Assembly: GCA_964035545.1 (NCBI GenBank)
Contig: OZ037768.1
Location: forward strand, 8,278,741-8,342,740
Origin: Bugula neritina
Taxonomy: Eukaryota > Animalia > Bryozoa
DNA: 64,000 bases
Direction of reading: 5' to 3'
Made by a program: the position numbers and the translations under genes. Each line of letters opens with the position of its first letter. Within the stretch, counting starts at the first letter, position 1. Below, piece after piece: positions 62,830 through 64,000 of this stretch. The notes below the pieces were generated by a model. It was not told the origin of the DNA, searched no databases, and worked only from the letters and a program-made list of their open reading frames with translations.

Positions 62830-63960
62830 GCTGCCTTTTTGTTCAATATTTTCACCTATTTTATATGTGACTTCAAATCTTCCACTTGTTTGCACTGCCA
62901 ACTCTTCGCAGGAACTTCTTTTTTCTGCTGCCACCATTCCATTATCCTTTTCCCAAATGCTTTTTGTCTTTTCACTACTGACTTGCTTTCTAATAATAGT
63001 ATTAGTGACTTTTTAATTTCTCTACATTGAATTATTTCTGAATTTGCTTTTTCCAAGTTGTCACTTTGTCCTTCTCAATGATAATATCCCTGTCCTTATT
63101 AACTATTTTGAAGTTATTTTGACAGTTTGCACTCCAAACTTTAGTCCTAGTATTCCAACACTTCTACAGGCTGTTCTTTTTATTATTATCAGCAGCCTGT
63201 TCTTGCAGCTTAAGTCTTCCACTTCATTTAATTTGTTTGTGCAGTCTTTTACTTCCTCCTTTCTACTATTACTGTAGCCTCAAGCTTTAAGCTGCTCCCA
63301 GTTCCCTACCTGTCACTGTTTGGGAATGCATGTAGTCACTAATAGAGTTGTTTGAGTTCTCCTATTATTGAATATATGCTTATTGAAAGCTTTTGTTTGC
63401 TGTGAGTGACCTCAAGGACTGTGATGTTATGTAGGTATTGGTTAATTCAGCATGTATTTCACAAAATTGCCAGCAACACTTCCCTTTCTACTCATGATAA
63501 AGCAGAGAGTTTCACTGGCACAGGCTTTCGGCTGACAAAAGAATTTATGTCTTTAGAAGTTATCTACCTGCATATGACTAATTGCTAGCAATTCGTTCAG
63601 AAAACTAGGAAGGGGTTTGTGACTTGGTTCAGATGTGTTCAAGAGAGTTTCATCAATGGAAGAATGAGGAAATGCACTTGACTTCATCTGCCAATTCTAC
63701 CATTTCCTTTTTCAACTTGAAGTGTTTTCTTTGTCCATCAACATAAACCTTGATACTGCACAGCATTTTCTACTGAAGTATCTTATTTTTTCGCCTGTCT
63801 TTTCATATCTGTTTCCACTAATTATTGGATATCTTCTTAGAGATAATCTTCTACCAACAGCATACATCTAAACTCGGCTGCTATTTTCTGTCAATTCATC
63901 CATTATGGAAGAAAACAAATAAAAACAGATGTCTAGGCTCTGGTGCTTCTTTCTACTCAT
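62830..63960 (-). pseudogene. highly degenerate coding-like remnant, possibly L1/Tx1 LINE ORF2
   Basis: Purine-rich minus strand with broken frames. Fragments GEKIRYF and VTTCIPKQ...NW weakly echo the L1/Tx1 ORF2 motifs GEK..KYF and ITCIPK....NWRPISL. Confidence 0.3.
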
Positions 63961-64000
63961 ACTAAACTTCCTAGACTTTCCAGTTGCAAATTTTGCTGCT

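Overview
AT-rich, intron-containing animal genomic DNA, probably an invertebrate (taxon not determinable from this window). Eight spliced protein-coding genes were assembled by hand from GT-AG boundaries: the 3' part of a TTC3/DZIP3/RNF214-like RING E3 ligase (+), S-adenosylmethionine synthase MAT (-), LIN37 (+), CCDC157 (+), a ZNRF3/RNF43-like PA-TM-RING ligase (-), CFAP69 (+), a tastin/TROAP-like protein (-), and the start of a secreted mucin-like protein (+). Mobile DNA includes several MITE/foldback elements, a tRNA-derived SINE with a 17-bp TSD plus two older copies, a solo LTR with a 4-bp TSD, and LINE remnants. The best lead is intron 2 of MAT. Its 3' splice site is the METTL16/METT-10 motif UACAG|AAAC known from C. 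elegans SAM feedback. Here it is preceded by a GC-enriched ~200-nt block that appears to fold into several helices, covering an upstream stop-introducing alternative acceptor and the putative branch point. This suggests a structured cis-regulatory module for SAM-responsive splicing. Gene names rest on recalled motif similarity, not database searches, and folds were paired by eye.
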